From assembly GCA_964016885.1 (NCBI GenBank), contig OZ024740.1, forward strand, positions 421,290,001-421,354,000: a stretch of DNA of 64,000 nt. The letters run 5' to 3'. A program made the position numbers and the translations under genes. This DNA is from Eledone cirrhosa (taxonomy: Eukaryota). The notes beneath the pieces were generated by a model. It did not search any database. It worked only from the letters and a program-made list of their open reading frames with translations, and was not told where the DNA came from. Positions 24,305-40,800 of this stretch are shown here, in pieces; within the stretch, counting starts at the first letter, position 1; each line of letters starts with the position of its first letter.

Positions 24305-24511
24305 TTAATAAACTTTAGATATCAGATATGTAGATTAGTAGAACTAGTTTGATGTTGTATATATTTGATTAACTTATTAGTACCTTTCTTCCAACCATAT
24401 TTAGTAACACAACTTCTAGTAAGTTACTAAGACTAATTTAACTGACTTATATTACCCCTTACTTAAAAAATAAAACCCCTTTCACCTTAAAAAGAAGTTG
24501 CTTAATACACT

Positions 24512-25158
24512 GTACTTGATGGCTTATAAGACAGACTTTTTTTTTTAAACAAATGTCCCAGAAAATCAGCCTGTGTCTTATAAGGTCAAGGTTCAGTTTG
24601 TGTTACTGACTAGTGGAGTTCTAGTGCTGCAGTGACCCTTAAATTAAATGTTCACACTTTCCTTATGTTTTACATATGTACTAGAATATTACAACTAGAA
24701 GCATATAGACAATATGCCCCCACCCCCTCCCACTGCAAAGTGGTCATGGAGGTGCCACAGCAAAAAAGCACCCAGCCCACACTGTAAAGTGGACGTGGAG
24801 GTGCCACAAAAAAAAAGCACTCAGCACTCATTGTAAATGAGGTTGGTGTTAGGAAGGGAATCCAGCTGTAGAAATCAAGCTAGAATCAGTTCCCATATGA
24901 GTAAGACAAGGTCAGCTGACTGGACACTGCCCACAACAGGACAACCCATCTAACTCATGCTAACGTGGAAAAACGGACGTAAAACGGTGATGGTGATGAA
25001 TTACAATGTAGAATGATAATTTAAAAAATACGATGTACAAACTTCATACCCTTCACCTGACATTTGGAATTTAAACCCATTTATTAATTTTTTTTAAATA
25101 CCTGCTTAAATTGAGGTATGTCTTATAAGCCCATGTGTCTTATAAACCATCAAATACT
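24512..25158. mobile_element. TIR element (MITE-like) with a nested short retroelement
   Basis: gtacttgatggcttataagac and gtcttataaaccatcaaatac are ~21-bp inverted termini. Confidence 0.55.
24730..24998 (+). mobile_element. Short retroelement with RTE-type 3' end
   Basis: ttggtgttaggaagggaatccagctgtagaaa ... cccatctaactcatgctaacgtggaaaaacggacgtaaaacggtgatggtgatg. Same family as 245-470. Confidence 0.6.
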
Positions 25159-25212
25159 TTTCCACTACAAAAAGACTGTTGTAGCTTGCCAATAAAATTT
25201 TTAATTTCTTGC

Positions 25213-25385
25213 CTTAGTTTTTGATATTTCTGTCAGGTCCGTTTTCATCAAAAATGAAAAACATGGCAGTATCGTTGTGACTATGCGACCACTTTGGTTA
25301 AGCATGGTAACATGTCCATTATTTAGAAGGATTGGGATTTGAAAATATGGAGGCTTAGACTGATAAACCAAATCACAAATGCTTC
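25213..25385 (-). CDS. WDR19: WDR19/IFT144 internal coding exon (most 5' exon visible)
   Basis: Long pyrimidine tract then ttgcag|GA. Translates (G)SICDLVYQSKPPYFQIPILLNNGHVTMLNQSGRIVTTILPCFSFLMKTDLTEISKTK, similar to recalled vertebrate WDR19 ...KPLLLYNGELTCQTQSGKV.... Ends AAG|GCAAG (GC donor), phase 0 to the next exon. Confidence 0.8.
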
Positions 25386-25802
25386 CTGCAAAAAAGAAAA
25401 GAAAAAAAAAGAAAAATTAATAAATCAAATAAATTCTATCACTTTAAAAAGCTGTTTATACAAAGACAAAACACAGTTAAAGGGGACAAAAAGGAAAGAA
25501 AAAAAGGAAAGGAAAAGAAGAAAAAGAAAAAGAAGAACCAAACAAGAAAGAAAAGGGAAAGGGGAAGAGACAAACACAATACCCCAGTCTGAGAAAAGCC
25601 TCAGCCAAACCCTGAGGACAAAATGCAAAGGTGTTACAATGGAAAATGGCCAGAGATATATTTCTCTCCTGTGTATTGCAGTGGAGCTCAGGTTTGTGGC
25701 TCAAGTGACAAGGATGGAGGTGAAGAACAAGTCACAGGTCATTGTAAAGGAATGTTTCAATTACTAACACTGAACATTCTCATCATCCTCACCTGTTTAA
25801 TG

Positions 25803-28800
25803 TCACCTGTCACAATATTATATATCTCACCTGTCACAATATTACATATCTCACCTGTCACAATATTACATATCTCACCTGTTACAATACTATATATCTC
25901 ACCTGTCACAGTACTATATATCTCACCTGTCACAGTACTACATATCTCACCTATCACATTACTATATATCTCACCTGTCAGAATACTATATATCTCACCT
26001 GTCACAATATTACATATCACACCTGTCACAATATTACATATCTCACCTGTCACAATACTATATATCTCACCTGTCACAATATTACATATCTCACCTGTCA
26101 CAATACTATATATCTCACCTGTCACGATACTACATATCTCACCTTTCACAATACTACATATCTCACCTGTCACAATATTATATATCTCAGCTGTTACAAT
26201 ACTACATATCTCACCTGTCACAATATTATATATCTCACCTGACACAATATTACATATCTCACCTGTCACAATACTATATATCTCACCTGTCACAATACTA
26301 CATATCTCACCTGTCACAATACTACATATCTCACCTGTCACAATATTATATATCTCAGCTGTTACAATACTACATATCTCACCTGTCACAATACTACATA
26401 TCTCACCTGTCAGAATATTACATATCTCACCTGACACAATATTATATATCTCAGCTGTCACAATACTATATATCTCACCTGTCACAATATTATATATCTC
26501 ACCTGACACAATATTACATATCTCACCTGTCACAATACTATATATCTCACCTGTCACAATATTACATATCACACCTGTCACAATATTACATATCACACCT
26601 GTTACAATATTATATATCTGACCTGTCACGATACTATATATCTCACCTGTTACGATACTATATATCTCACCCATCACAATACTACATATCTCAGCTGTCA
26701 CAATACTACATATCTCATCTGTCACAATACTACATATCTCAACTGTCACAATACTACATATCTCACCTGTCACAATACTATATATCTCACCTGTCACAAT
26801 ACTATATGTCTCAGCTGTCACAATACTATATATCTCACCTGTCACAATACTATATATCTCACCTGTCACAATACTATATATCTCACATGTCACAATATTA
26901 TATATCTCACCCATCAGAATACTATATATCTCACCTGTCACAATATTACATATCTCACCTGTCACAATACAATATATCTCACCTGTCACAATACTATATA
27001 TCTCAGCTGTCACAATACTATATATCTCACCTGTCACAATACTATATATCTCACCTGTCACAATACTATATATCTCACCTGTCACAATACTATATATCTC
27101 ACCTGTCCCAATACTACATATCTCACCTGTCACAATACTACATATCTCACCTGTCACAATATTACATATCTTACCTGTCACAATACTATATATCTCACCT
27201 GTCACAATACTATATATCTCACCTGTCAGAATACTATATATCTCACCTGTCAAATTACTACATATCTCACCTGTCACAATACTATATATCTCACCTGTCA
27301 CAATACTACATATCTCACCTGTCACAATACTACATATCTCACCTGTCACAATATTACATATCTCACCTGTAACAATACTATATATCTCACCTGTCACAAT
27401 ACTACATATCTTACCTGTTACAATATTACATATCTCACCTGTCACACTATTACATATCTTACCTGTCACAATATTACATATCTCACCTGTCACAATACTA
27501 CATATCTCACCTGTCACAATATTACATGTCTCGCCTGTTACAATACTACATATCTCACCTGTCACAATACTATATATCTCACCTGTCACAATACTATATA
27601 TCTCACCTGTCACAATAATATATATCTCACCTGTCACAATACTACATATCTCACCTGTCACAATACTATATATCTCACCTGTCACAATATTATATATCTC
27701 ACCTGTCACAACACTACATATCTCACCTGTCACAATACTACATATCTCACATGTCACAATACTATATATCTCACCTGTCACAATACTACATATCTCACCT
27801 GTCACAATACTACATATCTCACCTGTCACAATATTACATATCTTACCTGTCACAATATTACATATCTCACCTGTCACAATACTACATATCTCACCTGTCA
27901 CAATATTACATGTCTCGCCCGTTACAATACTACATATCTCACCTGTCATAATACTATATATCTCACCTGTCACAATACTATATATCTCACCTGTCACAAT
28001 AATATATATCTCACCTGTCACAATACTACATATCTCACCTGTCACAATACTATATATCTCACCTGTCACAATATTATATATCTCACCTGTCACAACACTA
28101 CATATCTCACCTGTCACAATACTATATATCTCACCTGTCACAATATTACATATCTCAACTGTCACAATATTATATATCTCACCTGTCACAATACTATATA
28201 TCTCACCTGTCACAATATTATATATCTCACTTGTCACAATATTAAATATCTCACCTATCACAATACTATATATCTCACCTGTCACGATACTATATATCTC
28301 ACCTGTCACATTATTACATATCTCGCCTGTTACAATACTATATATCTCACCTGTCACAATACTATATATCTCACCTGTCACAATACTACAGGTCTCACTT
28401 GTCACAATATTACATTTCTCACCTGTCACAATATTACATATCTCACCTGTCACAATACTACATATCTCACATGTCACAATACTATATATCTCACCTGTCA
28501 CAATACTACATATCTCACCTATCACAATACTACATATCTCACCTGTCACAATATTACATATCTTACCTGTCACAATACTATATATCTCACTTGTCACAAC
28601 ATTATATATCTCACCTGTCACAATATTACATATCTCACCTGTCACAATACTACATATCACACCTGTCACAATACTATATATCTCACCTGTCACAATACTA
28701 TATATCACACCTGTCACAATACTATATATCTCACCTGTCACAATATTATATGTCTCACCTGTCACAATACTACATATCTCACCTATCACAATACTATATA

Positions 28801-31800
28801 TCTCACCTGTCACAATATTACATATCTCACCTGTCACAATATTACATATCTCAACTTTCACAATATTATATATCTCACCTGTCACAATACTATATATCTC
28901 ACCTGTCACAATATTATATGTCTCACCTGTCACAATATTACATATCTCACCTGTCACAATACTATATATCTTACCTGTCAAAATACTATATATCTCACCT
29001 GTCACAATATTACATATCTCACCTGTCACAGTATTACATATCTCACCGGTCACAATACTACATATCTCACCTGTCATAATACTACATATCTCACTTGTCA
29101 CAATACTATATATCTCACCTGTCACAATACTATATATCTCACCTGTTACAATACTATATATCTCACCTGTCACAATACTACATATCTCACTTGTCACAAT
29201 AGTACATCTCTCACCTGTCACAATACTACATATCTCGCCCGTCACAATACTATATATCTGACCTGTCAAAATACTACATACCTCACCTGTCACAATATTA
29301 CGTATCTCACCTGTCACAATATTACATATCTCGCCTGTCACAATACTACATATCTCACCTGTCACAATACTATATATTTCACCTGTCACAATATTACATA
29401 TCTCACCTGTCACAATACTATATATCTCACCTGTCACAATACTATATATCTCACCTGTCACAATACTACATACCTCACCTGTCACAATATTACAAAACTT
29501 ACCTGTGACAATATTACATATCTCACCTGTCCCAATATTACATATCTCACCTGTCACAATACTACATACCTCACCTGTCACAATACTACATATCTCACCT
29601 GTCACAATACTACATACCTCACCTGTCACAATACTACATATCTCACCTGTCGCAATACTACATACCTCACCTGTCACAATACTACATATCTCACCTGTCA
29701 CAATACTACATATCTCACCCGTCACAATACTACAGATCTCACCTGTTACAATACTATATATCTCACCTGTCACAATACTATATATCTCACCTGTCACAAT
29801 AGTACAGATCTTACCTGTTACAATACTATATATCTCACCTGTCACAATACTATATATCTCACCTGTCACAATACTATATATCTCACCTGTCACAATACTA
29901 CATATCTCACCTGTCACAATATTACATATCTCACCTGTCACAATACTACATACCTCACCTGTCACAATACTACATATTTCACCTGTCACGATACTACATA
30001 TCTCACCTGTCACAATACTATATATCTCACCTGTCACAATAGTACATCTCTCACCTGCCACAATACTACATATCTCACCTGTCACAATACTATATATCTG
30101 ACCTGTCAAAATACTACATACCTCACCTGTCACAATATTACGTATCTCACCTGTGACAATATTACACATCTCACCTGTCACAATATTACACATCTCACCT
30201 GTCACAATATTACATATCTCACATGTCACAATATTACATATCTCACCTGTCACAATACTACATACCTCACCTGTCACAATATTACATATCTCACCTGTTA
30301 CAATACTATATATCTCACCTGTCACAATACTACATACCTCACATGTCACAATATTACATATCTTACCTGTGACAATATTACATATCTCATCTGTCCCGAT
30401 ATTACATATCTCACCTGTCACAATACTACATATCTCACCTGTCACAATATTACATATCTCACCTGTGACAATACTACATACCTCACCTGTCACAATACTA
30501 CATATTTCACCTGTCACGATACTACATATCTCACCTGTCACAATACTATATATCTCACCTGTCACAATATTACATATCTCACCTGTCACAATACTATATA
30601 TCTCACCTGTCACAATACTATATATCTCACCTGTCACAATACTACATATCTCACTTGTCACAATATTACATATCTCACCTGTCACAATATTACATATCTC
30701 ACCTGTCACAATACTACATATCTCACCTGTCACAATACTATATATCTCACCTGTCACAATACTATATATCTCACCTGTCACAATACTACATATCTCACCT
30801 GTCACAATACTACATATCTCACCTGTCACAATATTACATATCTTACCTGTCACAATACTATATATCTCACCTGTCACAATACTATATATCTCACCTGTCA
30901 GAATACTATATATCTCACCTCTCAAATTACTACATATCTCACCTGTCACAATACTATATATCTCACCTCTCACAATACTACATATCTGACTTGTCACAAT
31001 ACTACATATCTCACCTGTCACAATATTACATATCTCACCTGTAACAATACTATATATCTCACCTGTCACAATACTATATATCTTACCTGTTACAATATTA
31101 TATATCTCACCTGTTACAATACTACATATCTCACCTGTCACAATATTACATATCTTACCTGTCACAATACTATATATCTCACCTGTCACAATACTACATA
31201 TCTCACATGTCACAATATTACATATCTCACCTGTCACAATATTACATATCTCACCCGTCACAATATTACATATCTCACCTGTCACAATATTACATGTCTC
31301 GCCTGTTACAATACTACATATCTCGCCTGTCACAATACTATATATCTCACCTGTAACAATACTATACATCTCACCTGTCACAATACTATATATCTCACCT
31401 GTCACAATAATATATATCTCACCTGTCACAATACTACATATCTCACCTGTCACAATATAATATATCTCACCTGTCACAATATTATATATCTCACCTGTCA
31501 CAACACTACATATCTCTCCTGTCACAATACTATATATCTCACCTGTCACAATATTACATATCTCACCTGTCACAATATTACATATCTCAACTGTCACAAT
31601 ATTATATATCTCACCTGTCACAATACTATATATCTCACCTGTCACGATACTATATATCTCACCTGTCACATTATTACATATCTCACCTGTTACAATACTA
31701 TATATCTCACCTGTCACAATACTATATATCTCACCTGTCACAATACTACATGTCTCACTTGTCACAATATTACATATCTCACCTGTCACAATATTACATA

Positions 31801-34800
31801 TCTCACCTTTCACAATACTACATATCTAACATGTCACAATACTATATATCTCACCTGTCACAATACTACATATCTCACCTGTCACAATACTACATATCTC
31901 ACCTGTCACAATATTACATATCTTACCTGTCACAATACTATATATCTCACTTGTCACAACATTATATATCTCACCTGTCACAATATTACATATCTCACCT
32001 GTCACAATACTACATATCACACCTGTCACAATACTATATATCTCACCTGTCACAATACTATATATCTCACCTGTCACAATACTATATATCACACCTGTCA
32101 CAATACTATATATCTCACTTGTCACAATTCTATATATCTCACCTGTCACAATATTATATATCTCACCTGTCACAATACTACATATCTCACCTGCCACAAT
32201 ACTATATATCTCACCTGTCACAATATTACATATCTCACCTATCACAATATTACATATCTCAACTTTCAAAATATTATATATCTCACCTGTCACAATACTA
32301 TATATCTCACCTGTCACAATACTATATATCTCACCTGTCACAATACTATATATCTCACCTGTCACAATACTATATATCTCACCTGTTACAATACTACATA
32401 TCTCACCTGTCACAATACTATATATCTCACCTGTCACAATACTATATGTCTCACCTGTCACAATATTATATATCTCACCTGTCACGATACTATATATCTC
32501 ACCTGTCACAATATTATATATCTCACCTGTCACAATATTACATAGCTCACCTGTCACAATACTATATATCTCACCTGTCACAATACTATATATCTCACCT
32601 GTTACATTACTACATATCTCACCTGTCACAATACTACATATCTCACATGTCACAATACTATATATCTCACCTGTCACAATACTACATATCTCACCTGTCA
32701 CAATAATACATATTTCACCTGTCACAATACTATATATCTCACCTGTCACTATACTACATATCTCACCTGTCACAATACTACATATCTCACCGGTCACAAT
32801 ACTACATATCTCATCTCTCACAATACTACATATCTCACCTGTCACAATATTACATATCTCACCTGTCACAATACTACATATCTCACCTCTCACAATATTA
32901 GATATCTCACCTGTCACAATACTATATATCTCACCCATCACAATACTATATATCTCACCTGTCACAATATTACATATCTCACCTGTCACAATATTATATA
33001 TTTCATCTGTCACAATACTATATATCTCACTTGTCACAATACTACATATCTCACCTGTCACAATATTACATATCTCACCTGTCACAATACTATATATCTC
33101 ACCTCTCACAATATTACATATCTCACCTGTCACAATATTACATATCTCACCCGTCACAATACTATATATCTCACCTGTCACAATACTATATATCTCACCT
33201 ATTACAATACTATATATCTCACCTGTCACAATATTATATATCTTAGCTGTCACAATATTACATATCTCACCTGTTACAATACTATATATCTCACCTGTCA
33301 CTACTATTTATCTCACCTGTCACAATACTACATATCTCACCTGTCATAATATTACATATCTCACCTGTCACAATATTACATATCTCACCTGTCACAATAC
33401 TATATTGCTCACCTGTCACAATACTACATATCTCACCTGTCACAATATTACATATCTCACCTGTCACAATACTACATATCTCACCTCTCACAATATTACA
33501 TATCTCACCTGTCACAATACTACATGTCTCACCTGTCACAATACTACATATCTCACCTGTCACAATATTACATATCTCACCTGTCACAATACTACATATT
33601 TAACATGTCACAATACTACATATCTAACATGTCACAATACTATATATCTCACCTGTCACAATACTACATATCTCACCTGTCACAATACTACATATCTCAC
33701 CTGTCACAATATTACATATCTTACCTGTCACAATACTATATATCTCACTTGTCACAACATTATATATCTCACCTGTCACAATATTACATATCTCACCTGT
33801 CACAATACTACATATCACACCTGTCACAATACTATATATCTCACCTGTCACAATACTATATATCTCACCTGTCACAATACTATGTATCTCACTTGTCACA
33901 ATTCTATAGATCTCACCTGTCACAATATTATATATCTCACCTGTCACAATACTACATATCTCACCTGCCACAATACTATATATCTCACCTGTCACAATAT
34001 TACATATCTCACCTGTCACAATATTACATATCTCAACTTTCACAATATTATATATCTCACCGGTCACAATACTATATATCTCAACTGTCACAATATTATA
34101 TATCTCACCTGTCACAATATTACATATCTTACCTGTCACAATACTATATATCTTACCTGTCACAATACTATATATCTCACCTGTCACAATACTATATATC
34201 TCACCTGTTACAATACTATATATCTCACCTGTCACAATACTACATATCTCATCTCTCACAATACTACATATCTCACCTGTCACAATATTACATATCTCAC
34301 CTGTCACAATACTACATATCTCACCTCTCACAATATTACATATCTCACCTGTCACAATACTATATATCTCACCCATCACAATACTATATATCTCACCTGT
34401 CACAATATTACATATCTCACCTGTCACAATATTATATATTTCATCTGTCACAATACTATATATCTCACTTGTCACAATACTACATATCTCACCTGTCACA
34501 ATATTACATATCTCACCTGTCACAATACTATATATCTCACCTCTCACAATATTACATATCTCACATGTCACAATATTACATATCTCACCCGTCACAATAC
34601 TATATATCTCACCTGTCACAATACTATATATCTCACCTATTACAATACTATATATCTCACCTGTCACAATATTATATATCTCAGCTGTCACAATATTACA
34701 TATCTCACCTGTTACAATACTATATATCTCACCTGTCACTACTATTTATCTCACCTGTCACAATACTACATATCTCACCAGTCATAATATTACATATCTC

Positions 34801-37800
34801 ACCTGTCACAATACTACATATCTCACCTGTCATAATATTACATATCTCACCTGTCACAATATTACATATCTCACCTGTCACAATACTATATTGCTCACCT
34901 GTCACAATACTACATATCTCACCTGTCACAATATTACATATCTCACCTGTCACAATACTACATATCTCACCTCTCACAATATTACAGATCTCACCTGTCA
35001 CAATACTACATGTCTCACCTGTCACAATACTACATATCTCACCTGTCACAATATTACATATCTCACCTGTCACAATACTACATATCTAACATGTCACAAT
35101 ATTACATATCTTACCTGTCACAATACTATATATCTTACCTGTCACAATACTATATATCTCACCTGTCACAATACTATATATCTCACCTGTTACAATACTA
35201 TATATCTCACCTGTCACAATACTACATATCTCATCTCTCACAATACTACATATCTCACCTGTCACAATATTACATATCTCACCTGTCACAATACTACATA
35301 TCTCACCTCTCACAATATTACATATCTCACCTGTCACAATACTATATATCTCACCCATCACAATACTATATATCTCACCTGTCACAATATTACATATCTC
35401 ACCTGTCACAATATTATATATTTCATCTGTCACAATACTATATATCTCACTTGTCACAATACTACATATCTCACCTGTCACAATATTACATATCTCACCT
35501 GTCACAATACTATATATCTCACCTCTCACAATATTACATATCTCACATGTCACAATATTACATATCTCACCCGTCACAATACTATATATCTCACCTGTCA
35601 CAATACTATATATCTCACCTATTACAATACTATATATCTCACCTGTCACAATATTATATATCTCAGCTGTCACAATATTACATATCTCACCTGTTACAAT
35701 ACTATATATCTCACCTGTCACTACTATTTATCTCACCTGTCACAATACTACATATCTCACCAGTCATAATATTACATATCTCACCTGTCACAATACTACA
35801 TATCTCACCTGTCATAATATTACATATCTCACCTGTCACAATATTACATATCTCACCTGTCACAATACTATATTGCTCACCTGTCACAATACTACATATC
35901 TCACCTGTCACAATATTACATATCTCACCTGTCACAATACTACATATCTCACCTCTCACAATATTACAGATCTCACCTGTCACAATACTACATGTCTCAC
36001 CTGTCACAATACTACATATCTCACCTGTCACAATATTACATATCTCACCTGTCACAATACTACATATCTAACATGTCACAATACTACATATCTAACATGT
36101 CACAATACTATATATCTCACCTGTCACAATACTACATATCTCACCTGTCACAATACTACATATCTCACCTGTCACAATATTACATATCTTACCTGTCACA
36201 ATACTATATATCTCACTTGTCACAACATTATATATCTCACCTGTCACAATATTACATATCTCACCTGTCACAATACTACATATCACACCTGTCACAATAC
36301 TATATATCTCACCTGTCACAATACTATATATCTCACCTGTCACAATACTATATATCACACCTGTCACAATACTATATATCTCACCCGTCACAATACTATA
36401 TATCTCACCTGTCACAATATTACATATCTCACCTGTCACAATATTATATATCTCATCTGTCACAATACTATATATCTCACCTGTCACAATATTACATATC
36501 TCACCTGTCACAATACTATATATCTCCCCTGTCACAATAATATATATCTCACCTGTCACAATATTACATATCTCAACTGTCACAATATTAAATATCTCAC
36601 GTGTAACAATACTACATACCTCAGCTGTCACAATATTACATATCTCACCTGTCACAATACTACATATCTGAACTGTCACGATACTACATATCTCACATGT
36701 TACAATACTATATATCTCACCTGTAACAATACTATATATCTCACCTGTCACAATACTATATATCTCACCTGTCAGAATACTACATATCTCACCTGTCAGA
36801 ATATTACATATCTCACCTGTCACAATACTATATATCTCACCTGTCACAATACTATATATCTCACCCATCACAATACTATATATCTCACCTGTCACAATAT
36901 TACATATCTCACCTGTCACAATACTATATATCTCCCCTGTCACAATAATATATATCTCACCTGTCACAATATTATATATCTCATCTGTCACAATACTATA
37001 TATCTCACCTGTCACAATATTACATATCTCACCTGTCACAATACTACATATCTCACCTGTCACAATGCTACATATGTCACCTGTCACAATATTACATATC
37101 TCAACTGTCACAATATTTAATATCTCACCTGTCACAATACTACATACCTCAGCTGTCACAATATTACATATCTCACCCGTCACAATACTATATATCTCAC
37201 CTATTACAATACTATATATCTCACCTGTCACAATATTATATATCTCAGCTGTCACAATATTACATATCTCACCTGTTACAATACTATATATCTCACTTGT
37301 CACTACTATTTATCTCACCTGTCACAATACTACATATCTCACCTGTCATAATATTACATATCTCACCTGTCACAATACTACATATCTCACCTGTCATAAT
37401 ATTACATATCTCACCTGTCACAATATTACATATCTCACCTGTCACAATACTATATTGCTCACCTGTCACAATACTACATATCTCACCTGTCACAATACTA
37501 CATATCTCACCTCTCACAATATTACATATCTCACCTGTCACAATACTACATATCTCACCTGTCACAATATTACATATCTCACCTGTCACAATACTACATA
37601 TCTCACCTGTCACAATATTATATATCTCACCTGTCACAATACTACATATCTCACCTGTCACAATACTATATATCTCACCAGTCCCAATACTACATATCTC
37701 AGCTGTCACAATATTACATATCTCACCTGTCACAATACTATATATCTCACCCGTCACAATACTATATATCTCACCTGTCACAATATTACATATCTCACCT

Positions 37801-40800
37801 GTCACAATATTATATATCTCATCTGTCACAATACTATATATCTCAGCTGTCACAATATTACATATCTCACCTGTCACAATACTATATATCTCCCCTGTCA
37901 CAAAAATATATATCTCACCTCTCACAATATTATATATCTCATCTGTCACAATACTATATATCTCACCTGTCACAATATTACATATCTCACCTGTCACAAT
38001 ACTACATATCTCACCTGTCACAATGCTACATATCTCACCTGTCACAATATTACATATCTCATCTGTCACAATATTATATATCTCATTTGTCACAATATTA
38101 CATATCTCACTGAACAGAATACTACATATCTCACCTGTCACAATACTATATATCTCACCTGTCACAATACTATACATCTCACCTGTTACAATACTATATA
38201 TCTCACCTGTCACAATACTACATATCTCACCTGTCACAATATTACATATCTCACCTGTCACAAAACTACATATCTCAACTGTCACAATACTATATAGCTC
38301 ACCTGTCACAATATTACATATCTCAACTGTCACAATATTAAATATCTCACGTGTCACAATACTACATACCTCAGCTGTCACAATATTACATATCTCACCT
38401 GTCACAATACTACATATCTCACCTGTCACGATACTACATATCTCACATGTTACAATACTATATATCTCACCTGTAACAATACTATATATCTCACCTGTCA
38501 CAATACTATATATCTCACCTGTCAGAATACTACATATCTCACCTGTCACAATATTACATATCTCACCTGTCACAATACTATATATCTCACCCATCACAAT
38601 ACTACATATCTCAGCTGTCACAATATTACATATCTCACCTGTCACAATACTATATATCACACCTGTCACAATACTATATATCTCACCCATCACAATACTA
38701 CATATCTCAGCTGTCACAATATTACATATCTCACCTGTCACAATACTATATATCTCACCCGTCACAATACTATATATCTCCCCTGTCATAATATTACATA
38801 TCTCACCTGTCACAATATTACATATCTCACCTGTCACAATACTATATTGCTCACCTGTCACAATACTACATATCTCACCTGTCACAATACTACATATATC
38901 ACCTCTCACAATATTACATATCTCACCTGTCACAATACTACATATCTCACCTGTCACAATATTACATATCACACCTGTCACAATACTACATATCTCACCT
39001 GTCACAATATTATATATCTCACCTGTCACAATACTACATATCTCACCTGTCACAATACTATATATCTCACCCGTCACAATACTATATATCTCACCTGTCA
39101 CAATATTACATATCTCACCTGTCACAATATTATATATCTCATCTGTCACAATACTATATATCTCCCCTGTCACAATAATATATATCTCACCTGTCACAAT
39201 ATTACATATCTCAACTGTCACAATATTAAATATCTCACGTGTCACAATACTACATACCTCAGCTGTCACAATATTACATATTTCACCTGTCACAATACTA
39301 CATATCTCACCTGTCACGATACTACATATCTCACATGTTACAATACTATATATCTCACCTGTAACAATACTATATATCTCACCTGTCACAATACTATATA
39401 TCTCACCTGTCAGAATACTACATATCTCACCTGTCACAATATTACATATCTCACCTGTCACAATACTATATATCTCACCTGTCACAATACTATATATCTC
39501 ACCCATCACAATACTATATATCTCACCTGTCACAATATTACATATCTCACCTGTCACAATATTATATGTTTCATCTGTCACAATACTATACATCTCACTT
39601 GTCACAATACTACATATCTCACCTGTCACAATATTATATATCTCATCTGTCACAATACTATATATCTCACCTGTCACAATATTACATATCTCACCTGTCA
39701 CAATACTATATATCTCCCCTGTCACAATAATATATATCTCACCTGTCACAATATTATATATCTCATCTGTCACAATACTGTATATCTCACCTGTCACAAT
39801 ATTACATATCTCACCTGTCACAATACTACATATCTCACCTGTCACAATGCTACATATCTCACCTGTCACAATATTACATATCTCAACTGTCACAATATTT
39901 AATATCTCACGTGTCACAATACTACATACCTCAGCTGTCACAATATTACATATCTCACCCGTCACAATACTTTATATCTCACCTGTCACAATACTATATA
40001 TCTCACCTATTACAATACTATATATCTCACCTGTCACAATATTACATATCTCACTGGTCAGAATACTACATATCTCACCTGTCACAATACTATATATCTC
40101 ACCTGTCACAATACTATACATCTCACCTGTTACAATACTATATATCTCACCTGTCACAATACTACATATCTCACCTGTCACAATATTACATATCTCACCT
40201 GTCACAAAACTACATATCTCAACTGTCACAATACTATATATCTCACCTGTCACAATATTACATATCTCAACTGTCACAATATTAAATATCTCACGTGTCA
40301 CAATACTACATACCTCAGCTGTCACAATATTACATATCTCACCTGTCACAATACTACATATCTCACCTGTCACGATACTACATATCTCACATGTTACAAT
40401 ACTATATATCTCACCTGTAACAATACTATATATCTCACCTGTCACAATACTATATATCTCACCTGTCAGAATACTACATATCTCACCTGTCACAATATTA
40501 CATATCTCACCTGTCACAATACTATATATCTCACCTGTCACAATACTATATATCTCACCCATCACAATACTACATATCTCAGCTGTTACAATATTACATA
40601 TCTCACCTGTCAAAATACTATATATCTCACCTGTCACAATACTATATATCTCACCCATCACAATACTACATATCTCAGCTGTCACAATATTACATATCTC
40701 ACCTGTCACAATACTATATATCTCACCCGTCACAATACTATATATCTCACCTGTCATAATATTACATATCTCACCTGTCACAATATTACATATCTCACCT

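Noticed and set aside
25339-25767. Lys/Arg-rich 142-aa ORF on the plus strand
   Set aside because: It is the antisense of the long polypyrimidine tract before the exon acceptor at 25385.
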